Positions 1-16,399 of a stretch of DNA of 64,000 nucleotides are shown here, one piece after another. The notes under the pieces are model-generated. The model did not search any database, was not told the origin of the DNA, and saw only the letters and a program-made list of their open reading frames with translations. The DNA comes from the human T2T-CHM13v2.0 reference genome, Homo sapiens. Both the position numbers and the translations under genes were made by a program. The number at the start of each line of letters is the position of its first letter. The stretch's first letter is position 1. The stretch lies in NCBI RefSeq assembly GCF_009914755.1, contig NC_060927.1, one strand, 5' to 3'.

Positions 1-914
1 CATTCGGTTTCACGGGGAGTCAAATAGGTTAGTTCAATCATTATTATAACCAAGTGCCAAGGAGTTAATTGGAGAATGGTCAGTGCAGTTCAGACCAGTC
101 ATCTTAATGAGCAAAATAATTGGGCATTGTCAGCACTCTAATCCTGCTGTTAAAGACTAGCTCTTGGCTTCATTGGGCATGTTTCTTCCAATGCAGCAGG
201 CCACTCTGCTCGGCATCCCTGCCTGTGCCCTGCCCTCATTAAGACCATGTGTCCTTTAGGAACCAGTGTCCTAAACAGAGGGGGAAGGATGTCCAGAATG
301 TCTTTTTTTTCCTCTCTCTCTTTCAGGCAGAATTCCAAATGACTTTTTCTATGACATCAAATTGCAGGGTTGTTCTGGGTGAATAATATATGTATGTGTG
401 TTTTGGGGGTAGGGAGACAGTCACAAATAGTGACTCACTTTGGATATGCAAAGTGAACCTAGTCTCTCTTTATTTCCCCATGATATATATGGCTTCCTGA
501 CAAGCCCCAGTCATACTCTAGTCCCTCTCCCTGACTGTTTCCATTTCAAAGAGAGCCTCAAGACATTTGGAGAGAGTTGGCTTCTGTAGCTTCATGGTGT
601 TGGCAGAGAAGGGTCCTCAGACCCACATGGGACATCCTGGGCTTCTCAGGTCAGAGTTGTGCAATGGTTGGATTGTCCACTCTCTGGAAAGGTAGCTGCT
701 GGCATGCATATCCCATTTGTTCTGCTTTCTTTTTGAGAGAGTGCCAGTGTGCTGGCACCCAGCACTGCACCCACTGCCTGAGCCATGCTCGTTCCATCTT
801 AAAGCCCCTTTCCTGCAGCTTTTCATCATGCCTCAGATTCCTGCTGCATGGCTTCTCCTCATTACTCTCATGCCATGTCACCTTACCTGGCACCTCTGGG
901 CTCTGTTAGGTGCC

Positions 915-1740
915 TGTGGCAGACGAAATAATGGTCCCCAAAGATGTCTACCTCTGAACCCCAGAAAGCTGTGAATATGTGGCATTACATGGCAAGACGG
1001 TGTTCGCATATGTGACTAAGTTAAGGGTCTTGAGATGGAGAGATGATTTTGGATTATTCTTATGGGCCCAATATAATAGTAAGTGTTCTTATAAGAGGGG
1101 AGGCAAGAGGGTAAGAGCCAGAAACAGAGATGTGAAGATGGAAGCAGAGGTCAGAATGATGTGAGACCATGATTCAAGGAATGCAGCAGCCTCTAGAAAC
1201 TGGATAGGGAAGGAAACGGATCCTCCAGTACAGCCTTCAGAAGGGATGTGGCCCTGCTGACACCTCCATTTTAGTCCAGTGACATTCATTTCAGACTTCT
1301 GACCTCCAAAACTATAAGATAATAAATCTATGGGGGTTTTTTGTGTTTTTTTTGTTGTTGTTGTTTGTTTTTTTGAGACAGAGTCTTGCTTTGTTGCCCA
1401 GGCTGGAGTGCAGTGGTGCGATCTTGGCTCACTGCAAGCTCCGCCTCCTGGGCTCACGCAATTCTCCTGCCTCAACCTCCTGAGTAGCTGGGACTACAGG
1501 CAACCGCTACCACGCCAGGCTAATTTTTTGTTTTTTGTTTGTTTGGTTTTTTTTAGTAGAGACAGGGTTTCACCGTGTTGGCCAGGATGGTCTCGATCTC
1601 CTGACCTTATGATCCACCTGCTTCGGCCTCCCAATGTGCTGGGATTACAGGCATAAGCCACCACGCCTGGCCAAATCCGTGTTGTTTTAAGCCACAAAGT
1701 TTGTGGTAATTTGTTACAGCAGCAATAGGAAACTAATACC
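915..1740 (+). mobile_element. MLT1D-like ERVL-MaLR solo LTR, split by an Alu
   Basis: Starts TGTGG..., has MLT1 motifs (CCCCAAAGATGTC, GCAGCCTCTAGAA, GACTTCTGACCTCCA, AATAAA) and ends TTTGTTACAGCAGCAATAGGAAACTAATAC. Confidence 0.8.
1335..1672 (-). mobile_element. AluY-like SINE
   Basis: Reverse Alu dimer with AluY diagnostics (GCAAGCTCCGCC, GGATGGTCTCGATCTCCTGACC); degenerate T-rich tail. Confidence 0.9.
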
Positions 1741-4038
1741 TCACTCGTGAGCCTTTGGGAGCCCTGGAGCTGCCTCAGGCTCATAAATCAATCCACCTCC
1801 CATCTCCCTACACCTTGCTGAGGTGACCCTGGGCCATCATTTCTGAAGAGGTGTGTAGGCTCTTCTGTACACCAGTGTATGATGTCTCTACCACAGGTCT
1901 CCACAGCCCTCCCCTTCCAGCTTGGGTACTAGGGAGGAAAGAGGAAGAGGCACTGCTTTTTAAAACCCCCATTCACTGCTTGCTCCTGGCTTTTCACCAG
2001 GCCTGCTTCCTTATAAGCCTCAGGACTAGGATCCCCATGGAGCAGATTTGGAGCTTTTCTTTTTCTCTAGTCACATTTTTCTAATAGATGAAGGTGCCAA
2101 ATCGCCTTACCTGCTACGAGAAGTGGAAAAGAAACCTTTTGTCTGAGTCCTCTGTGCTCGGTTCTGTAAGTAGTAAAGCAAATTCATGAAATCCTCTTTC
2201 TCTTGACAGTGCTTCACTTGGAAGCTTAAAGTTAACAAAGTTGATATGAGAATTAGATTCTCTAGACCATACCTGCCTTTCCCCTAAAGCAGCACAGAAA
2301 CCCACTTTACCCAGCCAATCTGCTCTGCAGTGCACACCCTGCACTACTGGACCGTTCTGTTTTTCTCCTCAGGGCCTTTTCCAAGGCCGCAGGAGTCTGC
2401 TGGGCTCCGGCGAGCACAGTCCTGAACCACAGCAGTGTTATCACCCCTAGGAGCACCCCTCACCCAAAGGGGTGCAGAAGCAGTCAGTCCTGGAAGTTAG
2501 GAGCAATTCTGGGCAGCACCCTGCACTTTCTCAGGGGCCTCAGTGGAAAGAGGCTGTGTTGCAGAGGCTGTACCATGACTAAAAGGAGGGAGTCACCAAG
2601 AGACCACAGTGAAGTGAATAAAGGGAAGGAAGGGAAGTTTAACAAAGTGCAGATCAGTGTTGCCCAATGTTGATGGAGCATATTGCATACCTAACTAATA
2701 GAAAAATCTGATAAGCAGATAATTCCATATGTGCCCTATTGTAGACATAGTCTCCACAAACACACTGATGGTTTCCATAGCTTATTTAACATTACATCCT
2801 GAGCCATTTCCTTGAAGAGCTGATTTCTCAAAGTTTTCTTGGGTTTTCATTATTACTTGGATTTTCTTTATTTTTCTTCTGAAGAGCCTATTCTAAAGAA
2901 GAATCCACACTCTCAGTGAAGAGAGCTACAGGGATGCCATTCTTTCCCTGCTGCCGTCTCACCCACTTCCCCTGCTTTCTCATCCTGACTTGGAGTCTAA
3001 GGTTATATCACTGTTAAATCTCAACAAATCAAAGATGCTAATGATTCTACATTTCTCCCCTTTTTCTGGCAAGCTTGGATCCTGTCTGGTCTCTTTTTTC
3101 CTGAGGAGCACCTGCTCAGCAATTCCGTTTGCTTCTGTAAAATCATTATTTGTGTTTCAAGCTGTACATCTGCCCAGAGGCAATGAATGCATGTTTTCAG
3201 TAGACATCCCCTAATACATATTTAAAATCAGCGTTAAAAAGAAGGGAATAATATAAACATTAAAAAGAATATTGTTTTACAGTTAAAAAGAATGAAGTAA
3301 CGTCAACACAATTATAAATGCTTAGTAAATCAAATAATCTACTCAATAATAAATGAAGATACTCAAGCCATGGAGTAGTCCTGATGGAAGCAGCAGGAGC
3401 TCAGTCACTGCACCGATTGTGTCATGCTTCTACCTTTCTCGTTTCCTTTGGGGATTGGTGCCAGTGGGAGGGAGGGAGGCGTCTCCTTGGCTTGGAACCC
3501 AAATGTTTGCTTTCATAATATGAACGATATTTTCTGTCACTTCCACGATATGAAAGGGCAAAAAATTGGTAAAATTGAATCCTAATATGTAATGGCCAAT
3601 TCGTTGCTAATCCTGCTTACTTGGGAGACATGATGCAAAGGCACTGGCCACTGTGAAGTCCATGTGCAGTGAGAAGGGAACTTGGAACCAGCATTTTTTC
3701 AGTTCTTATTTATATCAAGCACTTTCTTTTAGTTTTAACAAAAATCATGCCATTTAGGCAAAATGCCCAGATTATGGATGAAGAGTGGAAGACATAGCAA
3801 GGTGCTTTCTACATCTCTCATCTGAGAAGTGGAAAAACCTTGCATATGACCTCAAAACATACGTACTCCAAGAGGGTAAAAGGCACCAGTCTTAACTTGG
3901 GTGAATGTACAATCTTAGTGAATATGCACGAGGACAAGAATATACTCATATCCCTAAATGTTTAGAACCAGGCATGGATGTCCATCCAGAAACAGATTTC
4001 AAGTTCAGCTCATCAGGAATCATGTTTTAGCATCTTTT

Positions 4039-4336
4039 TTTTTTTTTTTTTTTCTGATATGGAGTCTCGCCTGTGGTCCAGACTGGAGCGCAGTGGCGTG
4101 ATCTAGGCTCACTGCAAGCTCCGCCTCCTGGGTTCACACCATTCTCCTGCCTTAGCCTCCCGAGTAGCTGGGACTACAGGTGCCTGCCACCATGCCCAGC
4201 TAATTTTTTTGTATTTTTAGTACAGATGGGATTTCACTGTGTTAGCCAGGATGGTCTCGATCTCCTGACCTCGTGATCCACCCGCCTTGGCCTCCCAAAG
4301 TGCTGGGATTACAGGTGTGAGCCACCGTGCCCAGCC
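4039..4336 (-). mobile_element. AluY SINE with 16-bp TSD
   Basis: Full Alu; TSD TGTTTTAGCATCTTTT at 4023-4038 and 4337-4352. Confidence 0.95.
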
Positions 4337-4974
4337 TGTTTTAGCATCTTTTGAAGCAAAGATCACCTCGCTCCTGAGGCAAGGTAATGAGAAGGCTGTT
4401 CATTCCATAAGACAAAAGAAGGCTGGAGCCAACTTCCCAGGGAAGACTACTCCTTTGAGGAAGTCTTAAAAAGCAATAACCCTGGAGGCCCAGCAGCGAG
4501 ATTAATTTGCTCTACCATCCCTGCTTACTCCCAATCTCCTATGAGTCATTTGTTTCCATCCTTAATGTCTAAACATGCAAATATTGCTGCACTTACTACT
4601 CATTAGTTTAGCTAAAGGAAGTGCCCTTTAATTATACCTCTAAATAATGAACCTCCTTCATCACCTTGACAATCAGTGCACACTTAGAAGGAAGCAAGGT
4701 CTCATTATGAAGCAGCTACTGCATCCCTTGGTTACTTAGAAGACAGTAGCTTTGAAGCAATAGAAGTGGCAGTCCAAAGACAAACAAGCCTTGTAATTGC
4801 ACTAACTCTTGGTGGTTTTAGGTGCAAGAATAGGAAACGTTAACCAGAAACATATTACATGTGAGGGAAAAAAGGGAAACTAGCATTTTTGAGAGGCTAT
4901 AGTGTTCCAATCCCTAAACTCTTGATTTACATACATTAGGTCTAAACTACACAGTTACTTTTGAGGTTAAAACT

Positions 4975-5075
4975 TAACTCCATGTTATAAATACTGAAAT
5001 TGAGGCTCTGAAAAATTAAGTCATTTACCAAAGGTGTTGGACCAAGCACCATGCTCCAAAGCTCCAAGTTGTTTT
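4975..5075 (-). mobile_element. MIR fragment
   Basis: Degenerate core GAAATTGAGGCTCTGAAAAATTAAGTCATTTACCAAAGGT. Confidence 0.55.
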
Positions 5076-5319
5076 CCATTATGTTCTTGTCTTGTTGAGA
5101 AGATTTAGATAGTTTGGCAGAACTGGGTATCCACCAAGTCTTCACTATATTTCTTCATTTGTCGATCTCAGCAGAAACTCACAGAAATAGTTTGCTACAG
5201 TGCAATCCCCAATGGCACTGGCAGACTGGAAAATACTATCTGTGAACATGTCTACATGGTTCAGAAGAATAAAACACACTGTGTCATAGGCAGGGAAGTC
5301 ATTCCCACTATCTGACTAG

Positions 5320-5580
5320 CCAATTACCTTTCATCTTTCAAGACCATACTCAGGGGTCACATCCTTCAGGAATACTTTCCTGTAACTTCCTCCCCAATAG
5401 AGAGTTGACCTTACCTTCATGGTGAAAAGGTAAGAAAAGACTGTTACCACAGCATTTTTACACCTTATGATACTTATTTATTCACTGGTTTATTTCTTTC
5501 ACTGCATTGGACTATCACGTCTTGTTCACCTTTTTAATTTTTAGGAGTTTCTAACACAAATATGTGTTTAATGAATGCTT
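5320..5580 (+). mobile_element. L2 3' fragment
   Basis: Resembles L2 3' end (TCACATCCTTCAGGAA...TCTTGTTCACC...AATGAATG). Confidence 0.5.
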
Positions 5581-5734
5581 CTTAATTTTTTAAAAAAATT
5601 ATCTAAATGGCATATGCTGATGTTCTACACTGTGGTTCCCAAACAGTGGTCCCTATGTCTACAAGCACTATTTCAGCTATACAGGTACCATCTGAGGATG
5701 AAAACATCCAGAAAAAAAAAAAAAAAAGCTGTCC

Positions 5735-6148
5735 TTTAACAGGTAAATAGTCTGTACGTGTCCATGTATGAAATGCTATTCAACAATAAGATGAACTATT
5801 GACTCATACAACATGAACGAATCTCAAAAACATTATGCTAAGTGAGAGAACCTAGATAACAAAGACTACATATTATATTACTTAATTTACATTAAATTTC
5901 CATAAAAGGTGATTTGTAGAGACAGAAAGCAGATTAGTGGTGCCTAGGGCATGGGGTTGAAGTGGAAATCAACTGCAAATGAGCACAGACTTTTTTTGGA
6001 TAATGGAAATGTTCTAAAACTGGATTGCAGTGATGGTTGCACAACTATATAAATTTACTTAACACCACTGAATTATACACTTACAACGAGTGAATCTTAT
6101 GATGCATACATCATACTTCAATAAAGATTAAAAACAAGAACTGAAAAA
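5735..6148 (+). mobile_element. Old L1M (L1MB/MC-type) 3' end
   Basis: AATCTCAAAAACATTATGCTAAGTGA...GGAAATGTTCTAAAACTGGATTG...GGTTGCACAAC...CAATAAAG. Confidence 0.75.
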
Positions 6149-6149
6149 A

Positions 6150-6290
6150 GAGGGAGGAAGGGAGGAAGGGAAGGGAAGAAGGGAGGAAGGGAGGAGGGAG
6201 GGAGGGATGGAAGAGGGAGAGAGGAAGAAAGGAAGGAAGGAAGGGGGAAGGAGGAAGGAAGGAAGGAAGGAAGGAAGGAAGGGAGGCAGG
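6150..6290 (+). repeat. GA-rich / (GGAA)n simple repeat
   Basis: ~140 bp almost pure purine; 7 consecutive GGAA at 6253-6280. Confidence 0.95.
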
Positions 6291-6329
6291 CATATTCTCT
6301 GAGCCTAAGGTGTTAGAGGATGAAATTCA

Positions 6330-7328
6330 TCAATGCCAGAGTTGCCAGAAATTGAGTTAATACCAATAAGAATGGAGATGCAGGAAAGGAGGTCAAAATC
6401 TGATCATAAACTCCCCTCAAATCCCTGAGTATTCACAGAACTGTGTATATACAGAGGAGATTTCAGGAACCCAGGGAAAGCAATGTCAGGAAAAGAAAAT
6501 GAAAAGATCTGAGCAGGTATTTTAGCTACTGTTCACTGCAAAGGAGACAAATTTTGGAATTCCTCCAAGAAGGGCTAGGTAAACATCTAGAGTTTTCCAG
6601 TGAAATGCAGAAGAAATACACCTTAAAAGCACAGACTATGTGCCAGGATTTAAGGACTGGCCCAGGACTAAGGGTAAATCTAAACAAACACACCTCTATA
6701 AAGGATAAAACCAAAACTTCTACAAGTGCAAGGTAATCATCCAGTAATTTAACAAAAATCAACAATAACAGAATCCAGAGTTTCTACTATGTATTATCCA
6801 TAATATCCAGTGTGCAATAAAAATCACTGGACATGTGAGGAAACAGGAAAATGTGACCTAAGGTCCAGAGTAAAATCATTCAAGAGAAACAGACCCTGAT
6901 AGAACACAAATGTTGGAATTAGAAGAAAATAACTTTAAAACAGTATTCTACATGTTTACAAACTTAAAAGTAAGGATTGTCATAATGAATGAACTGATAG
7001 GGAATCTCAGCAGATAAATGAAACTATACAGAAATGTAAAATGTAGAGTGGAAAAATACAATATCTAAAGTGAAAATATGGATTTCGCACATAAGAGAAT
7101 AGAAATGGAAGAAAGAGAGCCTCAAAAGTACCAAAGGACAGGAAAAAGTGAACAAGGCATTAAATAATTAATTGAAGAAGTGGTGGAAAACTTACTATGT
7201 TTGATTCAAAACACCATTGTAAAGATTGAATAAGATCAGCAAGCCCCAAGCCGAATAAATACAAAGAAAGCAATACCTAATCACACTATCCTCAACCTGT
7301 TGATGACCGAAAATAAAGATAAACTCTT
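6330..7328 (+). mobile_element. Ancient L1M 5'/ORF1-region remnant (host of the L1PA4 insertion)
   Basis: A-rich L1M ORF1-like sequence (AATAAATACAAAGAAAGCAATACCTAATCACA...); resumes after the TSD at 13469. Confidence 0.6.
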
Positions 7329-7536
7329 TTTTTTTATTATTATACTTTAAGTTTTAGGGTACACGTGCACAACGTGCAGGTTTGTTACATATGTATACAT
7401 GTGCCATGTTGGTGTGCTGCACCCGTTAACTCGTCATTTAGCATTAGGTATATCTCCTAATGCTATCCCTCCCCCGACCCCACAACAGGCCCCAGTGTGT
7501 GATGTTCCCCTTCCTGTGTCCATGTGTTCTCACTGT

Positions 7537-11377
<3,841 letters not shown>

Positions 11378-11440
11378 TATGATGTTAGCTGGTTATTTTG
11401 CTCGTTAGTTGATGCATTTTCTTCCTAGCCTTGATGGTCT

Positions 11441-12454
11441 TTACAATTTGGCATGTTTTTGCAGTGGCTGGTACCAGTTGTTCCTTTCCATGTTTAGTGC
11501 TTCCTTCAGGAGCTCTTTTACGGCAGGCCTGGTGGTGACAAAAATCTCTCAGCATTTGCTTGTCTGCAAAGGATTTTATTTCTCCTTCACTGATGAAGCT
11601 TAGTTTGGCTGGATATGAAATTCTGGGTTGAAAATTCTTTTCTTTAAGAATGTCGAATATTGGCCCCCACTCTCTTCTGGCTTGTAGAGTTTCTGCCAAG
11701 AGATCAGCTGTTAGTCTGATGGGCTTCCCTTTGTGGGTAACCCGACCTTTCTCTCTGGCTGCCCTTAACATTTTTTCCTTCATTTCAACTTTGGTGAATA
11801 TGACAATTATGTGTCTTGGAGTCGCTCTTCTCGAGGAGTATCTTTGTGGCGTTCTCTGTATTTCCTGAATTTGAATGTTGGCCTGCCTTGCTAGGTTGGG
11901 GAAGTTCTCCTGGATAATATCCTGCAGAGTGTTTTCCAACTTAGTTCCATTCTCCCCATCACTTTCAGGTACACCAATCAGATGTAGATTTGGTCTTTTC
12001 ACATAGTCCCATATTTCTTGGAGGCTTTGTTCATTTCCTTTTATTCTTTTTTCTCTAAAGTTCTCTTCTCCATTTCATTCATTTGATCTTCCATCACTGA
12101 TACCCTTTCTTCCAGTTGATCGAATCGGCTACTGAGGCTTGTGCATTCATCACGTAGCTCTCGTGCTGTGGTTTTCAGCTCCATCAGGTCATTTAAGGAC
12201 TTCTCTGCATTGGCTATTCTAGTTAGCCATTCGTCTTATTTTTTTTCAAGGTTTTTAACTTCTTTGCCATGGGTTCGAACTTCCTCCTTTAGCTCAGAGT
12301 AGTTTGATCGTCTGAAGCCTTCTCCTCTGAACTCATCAAAATCATTCTCCGTCCAGCTTTGTTCCATTGCTGGTGAGGAGCTGTGTTCCTTTGGAGGAGG
12401 AGAGGCACTCTGATTTTTAGAGTTTCCAGTTTTTGTACTCTGTTTTTCCCCCAT
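11441..12454 (-). pseudogene. Disrupted L1 ORF1 (RNA-binding chaperone)
   Basis: MGEKQSTKTGNSKNQSASPPPKE start at 12454; frameshift in A-run near 12240; RPNLHLIGVPE fragment 11385-12002. Confidence 0.95.
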
Positions 12455-12499
12455 CTTTGTGGTTTTATCTACCTTTGGTCTTTGATGGTGGTGACGTAC

Positions 12500-13468
12500 A
12501 GATGGGATTTTGGTGCGGATGTCCTATCTGTTAGTTTTCCTTCTAACAGTGAGGACCCTCAGCCACAGGTCTGTTGGAGTTTGCTAGAGGTCCACTCCAG
12601 ACCCTGTTTTCCTGGGTATCAGCAGCAGAGGCTGCAGAACAGCGGATATTGGTGAACAGCAAATGTTGCTGCCTGATTGTTCCTCTGGAAGTTTTGTCTC
12701 AGAGGGGTACCCAGCCGTGTGAGGTGTCAGTCGGCCCCTACTAGGGGGTGCCTCCCAGATAGGCTACTTGGGGCTCAGGGACCCACTTGAGGAGGCAGTC
12801 TGTCTGTTCTCAGATCTCAAGCTGTGTGCTGGGAGAACCACTACTCTCTTCAAAGCTGTCAGACAGGGACATTTAAGTCTGCAGAGGTTTCTGCTGCCTT
12901 TTGTTTGGCTATGCCCTGCCCCCAGAGGTGGAGTCTACAGTGGCAGGCAGGCCTCCTTGAGCTGCAGTGGGCTCCACCCAGTTCGAGCTTCCCAGCTGCT
13001 TTGTTTACCTACTCAAGCCTCGGCAATGGCAGGCACCCCTCCCCCAGCCTCACTGCTGCCTTGCAGTTTGATCTCAGACTGCTGTGCTAGCAATGAGTGA
13101 GGCTCCATGGGCATAGGACCCTCCGAGCCATGCGCAGGATATAATATCCTGGTGTGCCGTTTGCTAAGACCATTGGAAAAGCACAGTAGTATTAGGGTGT
13201 GAGTGACCCGATTTTCCAGGTGCCGTCTGTCACCCCTTTCTTTGATTAGGAAAGGGAATTCCCTGACCCCTTGTGCTTCCCAGGTGAGGCGATGCCTCAC
13301 CCTGCTTCGGCTCACACTTGGTGCGCTGCACCCACTGTCCGACACCCCCCAGTGAGATGAACTCGGTACCTCAGTTGGAAATGCAGAAATCACCCATCTT
13401 CTGCATTGCTCACACTGAGAGCTGTAGAATGGAGCTGTTCCTATTTGGCCGTCTTGGCTCCACCCCAC
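12500..13468. promoter_or_regulatory. L1 5'UTR bidirectional promoter (sense promoter on -, antisense promoter on +)
   Basis: Canonical L1PA 5'UTR; ORF0 ATG at 13026; + strand donors CAG|GTGCCG (13220) and CAG|GTGAGG (13284). Confidence 0.6.
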
Positions 13469-13925
13469 AAAGATAAACTCTTAAGAGCACCCAGAGAAAA
13501 AGACACATTACATATGGGAAAAGACCAATGTGTATGACAAACAACATTTTACTGAAAACTTTGGAAACCAAAAGACAATGGAATGACAAAGGAAGTCCTT
13601 CAAGTAGAAAGGAAGGGATATCAGAATGAAAAACAGATTCATAGGAAAGAAAGAAGAGCATTGGAAATGGTAATTATGTAAATAAATATAAAAGACTGTC
13701 CTTCCTTCTTTCATTTCTTTAAATGACCATGACTGTTAAATCCAATGATTATAACTGTGTATTGTGGGGCATATAATGTATTTAAGGGCAAAGGAACAAT
13801 AGAACAACAACAAAAAAAGGATGGAGGTGTTAAATGAGTTCTACTGATGCAAAGTTCTTAAACTTTATGTGAAGTGTTACAATGTTAACTCTAAGAATAC
13901 TGTGATAAGATAAAGATGCATATTA
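13469..13925 (+). mobile_element. Continuation of ancient L1M remnant
   Basis: Resumes directly after TSD (CCCAGAGAAAAAGACACATTACATA...). Confidence 0.6.
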
Positions 13926-15654
13926 AGGAAGGCCCACTTTAGTTCAGAGTCTATGAGTACTCAGGCAGAGGGAGGAGTACTCCCAGGCAAAAAACTTCAA
14001 GCTCCAGATGTCATAGGTTTCTTGAAATAGACAGACAAAAGGGCAAAGGTAGTATCATTGGCAAGAAGTGTTCATTATATATGGGCCACAGGTAGGAAAG
14101 GAGAAATTGGACCAGGAATATCTAGAGAATGCTGAAGGAAAATGCTGTAGAGGTGCGTGAATAATGAAGGAGGGCCCAGTCTCACCTTCAAACCCTGAAT
14201 TGGAAGTTGGGCACATGTCCAGAGTTGCTTATTTGGCATGAAACAGGATTCTCGAAAGCCTAGAGAGAAAATTCTGAGTTTTGGACCTGGGAAAGTAAGA
14301 GAGCACCAACAGATGTAAGTTTAAGGCATTTGGAGAATGACTTAGGAGTGTGGGATTTGCTGATTCCAGGATGCACACAATAGTGTCAGCCTTGCCTCAG
14401 TATGGACCTGTGCTAAGGCCCCAAGGAGTCGAGAGGAATACCTGAAAGAGCAGGTGCCTTCTTTCCCTTTATAAACAGAAAAATCACTCTCTATTCAAAC
14501 TGTTGATGATAGTCATGGAAGTGATTAGGGTGAAAGAGTCTGAAAAAGTAATGGTTTTAGCCATAAATTAGATGTTTGAAGGGGAAAATTATAGGTAGTA
14601 TTCATGAGTTGGGTGGGTATCCACAAAGATCTCAGAAATTATTGCTTATATGCACCAAGAGTCTCCCATATTTATTTGGAAAATACTTTGAATCCTCATT
14701 GCTTATCTCCAGGCCTCTCAGCCATTTTTCCCTCAAGAGGTAAACCAGCTTCTGAGAACAGCCCAATAGAGGCTTTCCTGCCAGTTTCCTTATAATCTTC
14801 TAAGCTAATTAAAGGTAAAACCATAGTTTGACCTCCCCTTCTCTGTATCAGTGAGAATGAGTTGGTGTTTGTTTCAACACTGTTCTGATTCCAGTGTCCA
14901 AAGTAGAAAACAGAGAACAGTGCTAGAACTATTCCTATGCTAGACCCCATGGCTCCACATGCCTGTCTTCTCTTCAGCAAGCAGTAATTTCTTATGTGTT
15001 CATGGGAAAGACAGAACTCTCCCTCTCCCAACAGAAAAGCCTAACGTCTGCCTCCTCAGCATCACATGAAATGTTAGATACTGAAGACCCCTTGTCCCTC
15101 TGTTTAGGCTGCCCTGGAAGTGGAGAGCTTAGTAATAGCCCTGTCACATGGTCTGCTTCTGTTTCCATCAAACACAACTATGTCAAATGTTTCATTAGTC
15201 ACAAATACAGGGAACAATAAGGCTATAGCTATTTGGACACAAAGCAAAGACAGAGTCTTATATCTATTATCTAGACTCAAATAAAAAGTGAGCCCACAAT
15301 AGGGTTATAAATATGAACTGGAACTTGAAGAATTATTTGATATCAGCCACTTATTTTTCTGCCTGTAAACATAGACATAAAATGAGTCTTATAAGCCAAG
15401 AGCAAAGATGCACATTCGGGTTTATTACAAAACACTAAAAATATCCCTCTGCCACATCTAGCAACAGTATGTCACATTAGGAACCCAGAGAAGAAGAAAA
15501 AAAAGCATTCCTTAGGGAGTTTGAGTGTAGAACAAGGCTGTGTCTACACTGTGCCCCATGAAGTACATATTCATTCACTTATCCATTCATCAAGAAGTTT
15601 TGGTCAAGATCAAATTTAAAAATGAACAAACATATTTCAGGGACAAATGTTCAT

Positions 15655-15860
15655 TATGGAGCAGTCAAAGGAATGTAGGCTTTGGAGTTTCTCAGATCTG
15701 TTTGCCACTCAGCTCTGTCTCTTATTATCTGTGTGACCTTAGGTGAGTCACTTCACTTCTCTGAGCCTTAGTATCCTCATTTGTAAAATGAGGATAAATA
15801 TGAACACCTCAGGAGTGGTTATGAAGATTCAATGATGGTAATGAATGTAAAGCAAAATTA
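15655..15860 (+). mobile_element. MIR
   Basis: TGTGTGACCTTAGGTGAGTCACTTCACTTCTCTGAGCCTTAGTATCCTCATTTGTAAAATGAGGATA. Confidence 0.85.
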
Positions 15861-16399
15861 ACATAGTGACAGCAGAACACTTGACCCATGGAAATGTTTT
15901 GTTGGCCATCACGGTCTCACACTCACATGCAGAGATAGACAGATGACTGACTGAGATTTAGAAACTGTAGATGAAGTAACCACAGTTCTGCTGTGGAATG
16001 CATTTAATACGTGCTTTTTTTTTTTTTTTTTTTTTTTTAGCAGCAGCTACTTCATACCAGTCACTGGAGCAGGGAGTATACTGGCGAACTGGCAAACAGA
16101 AGTATGGCAAACAGAACTGACAAACAGAAAATCACATTCAGATTGTGGTCTTAAAACACCATTTGCACTAAAAGATTCCAGAGTCTCTTAAAGAAACAGC
16201 TGATTCTGAGTTGGGGCAAAAATGAACAAAATAAGCCTAGATCTGATTGGCTATGTGCAGGAAATACTGGGACAGAGGAACACATGAGTGTGCAAATAAC
16301 AAAATCCAGACTGGGAAAATCTATTATCCTGTGTTCTTCAACAGATAAATTGCAAGGAAAAGAAAACAATGAATGTATAAGCTACAGATTAAAAAGTTT

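Noticed and set aside
419-435. Short hairpin AGTCAC-AAATA-GTGACT (and GAGGCC-GTAT-GGCCTC near 49706)
   Set aside because: 6-bp stems are expected by chance.
1089-1784. Alu-derived ORFs (also 4073-4469, 24185-24608, 27204-27392, 60814-61038)
   Set aside because: Typical translations of Alu sequence, not genes.
13925-14460. Purine-rich block that might be an ancient LTR or unique regulatory DNA
   Set aside because: Could not be assigned confidently without a Dfam search.
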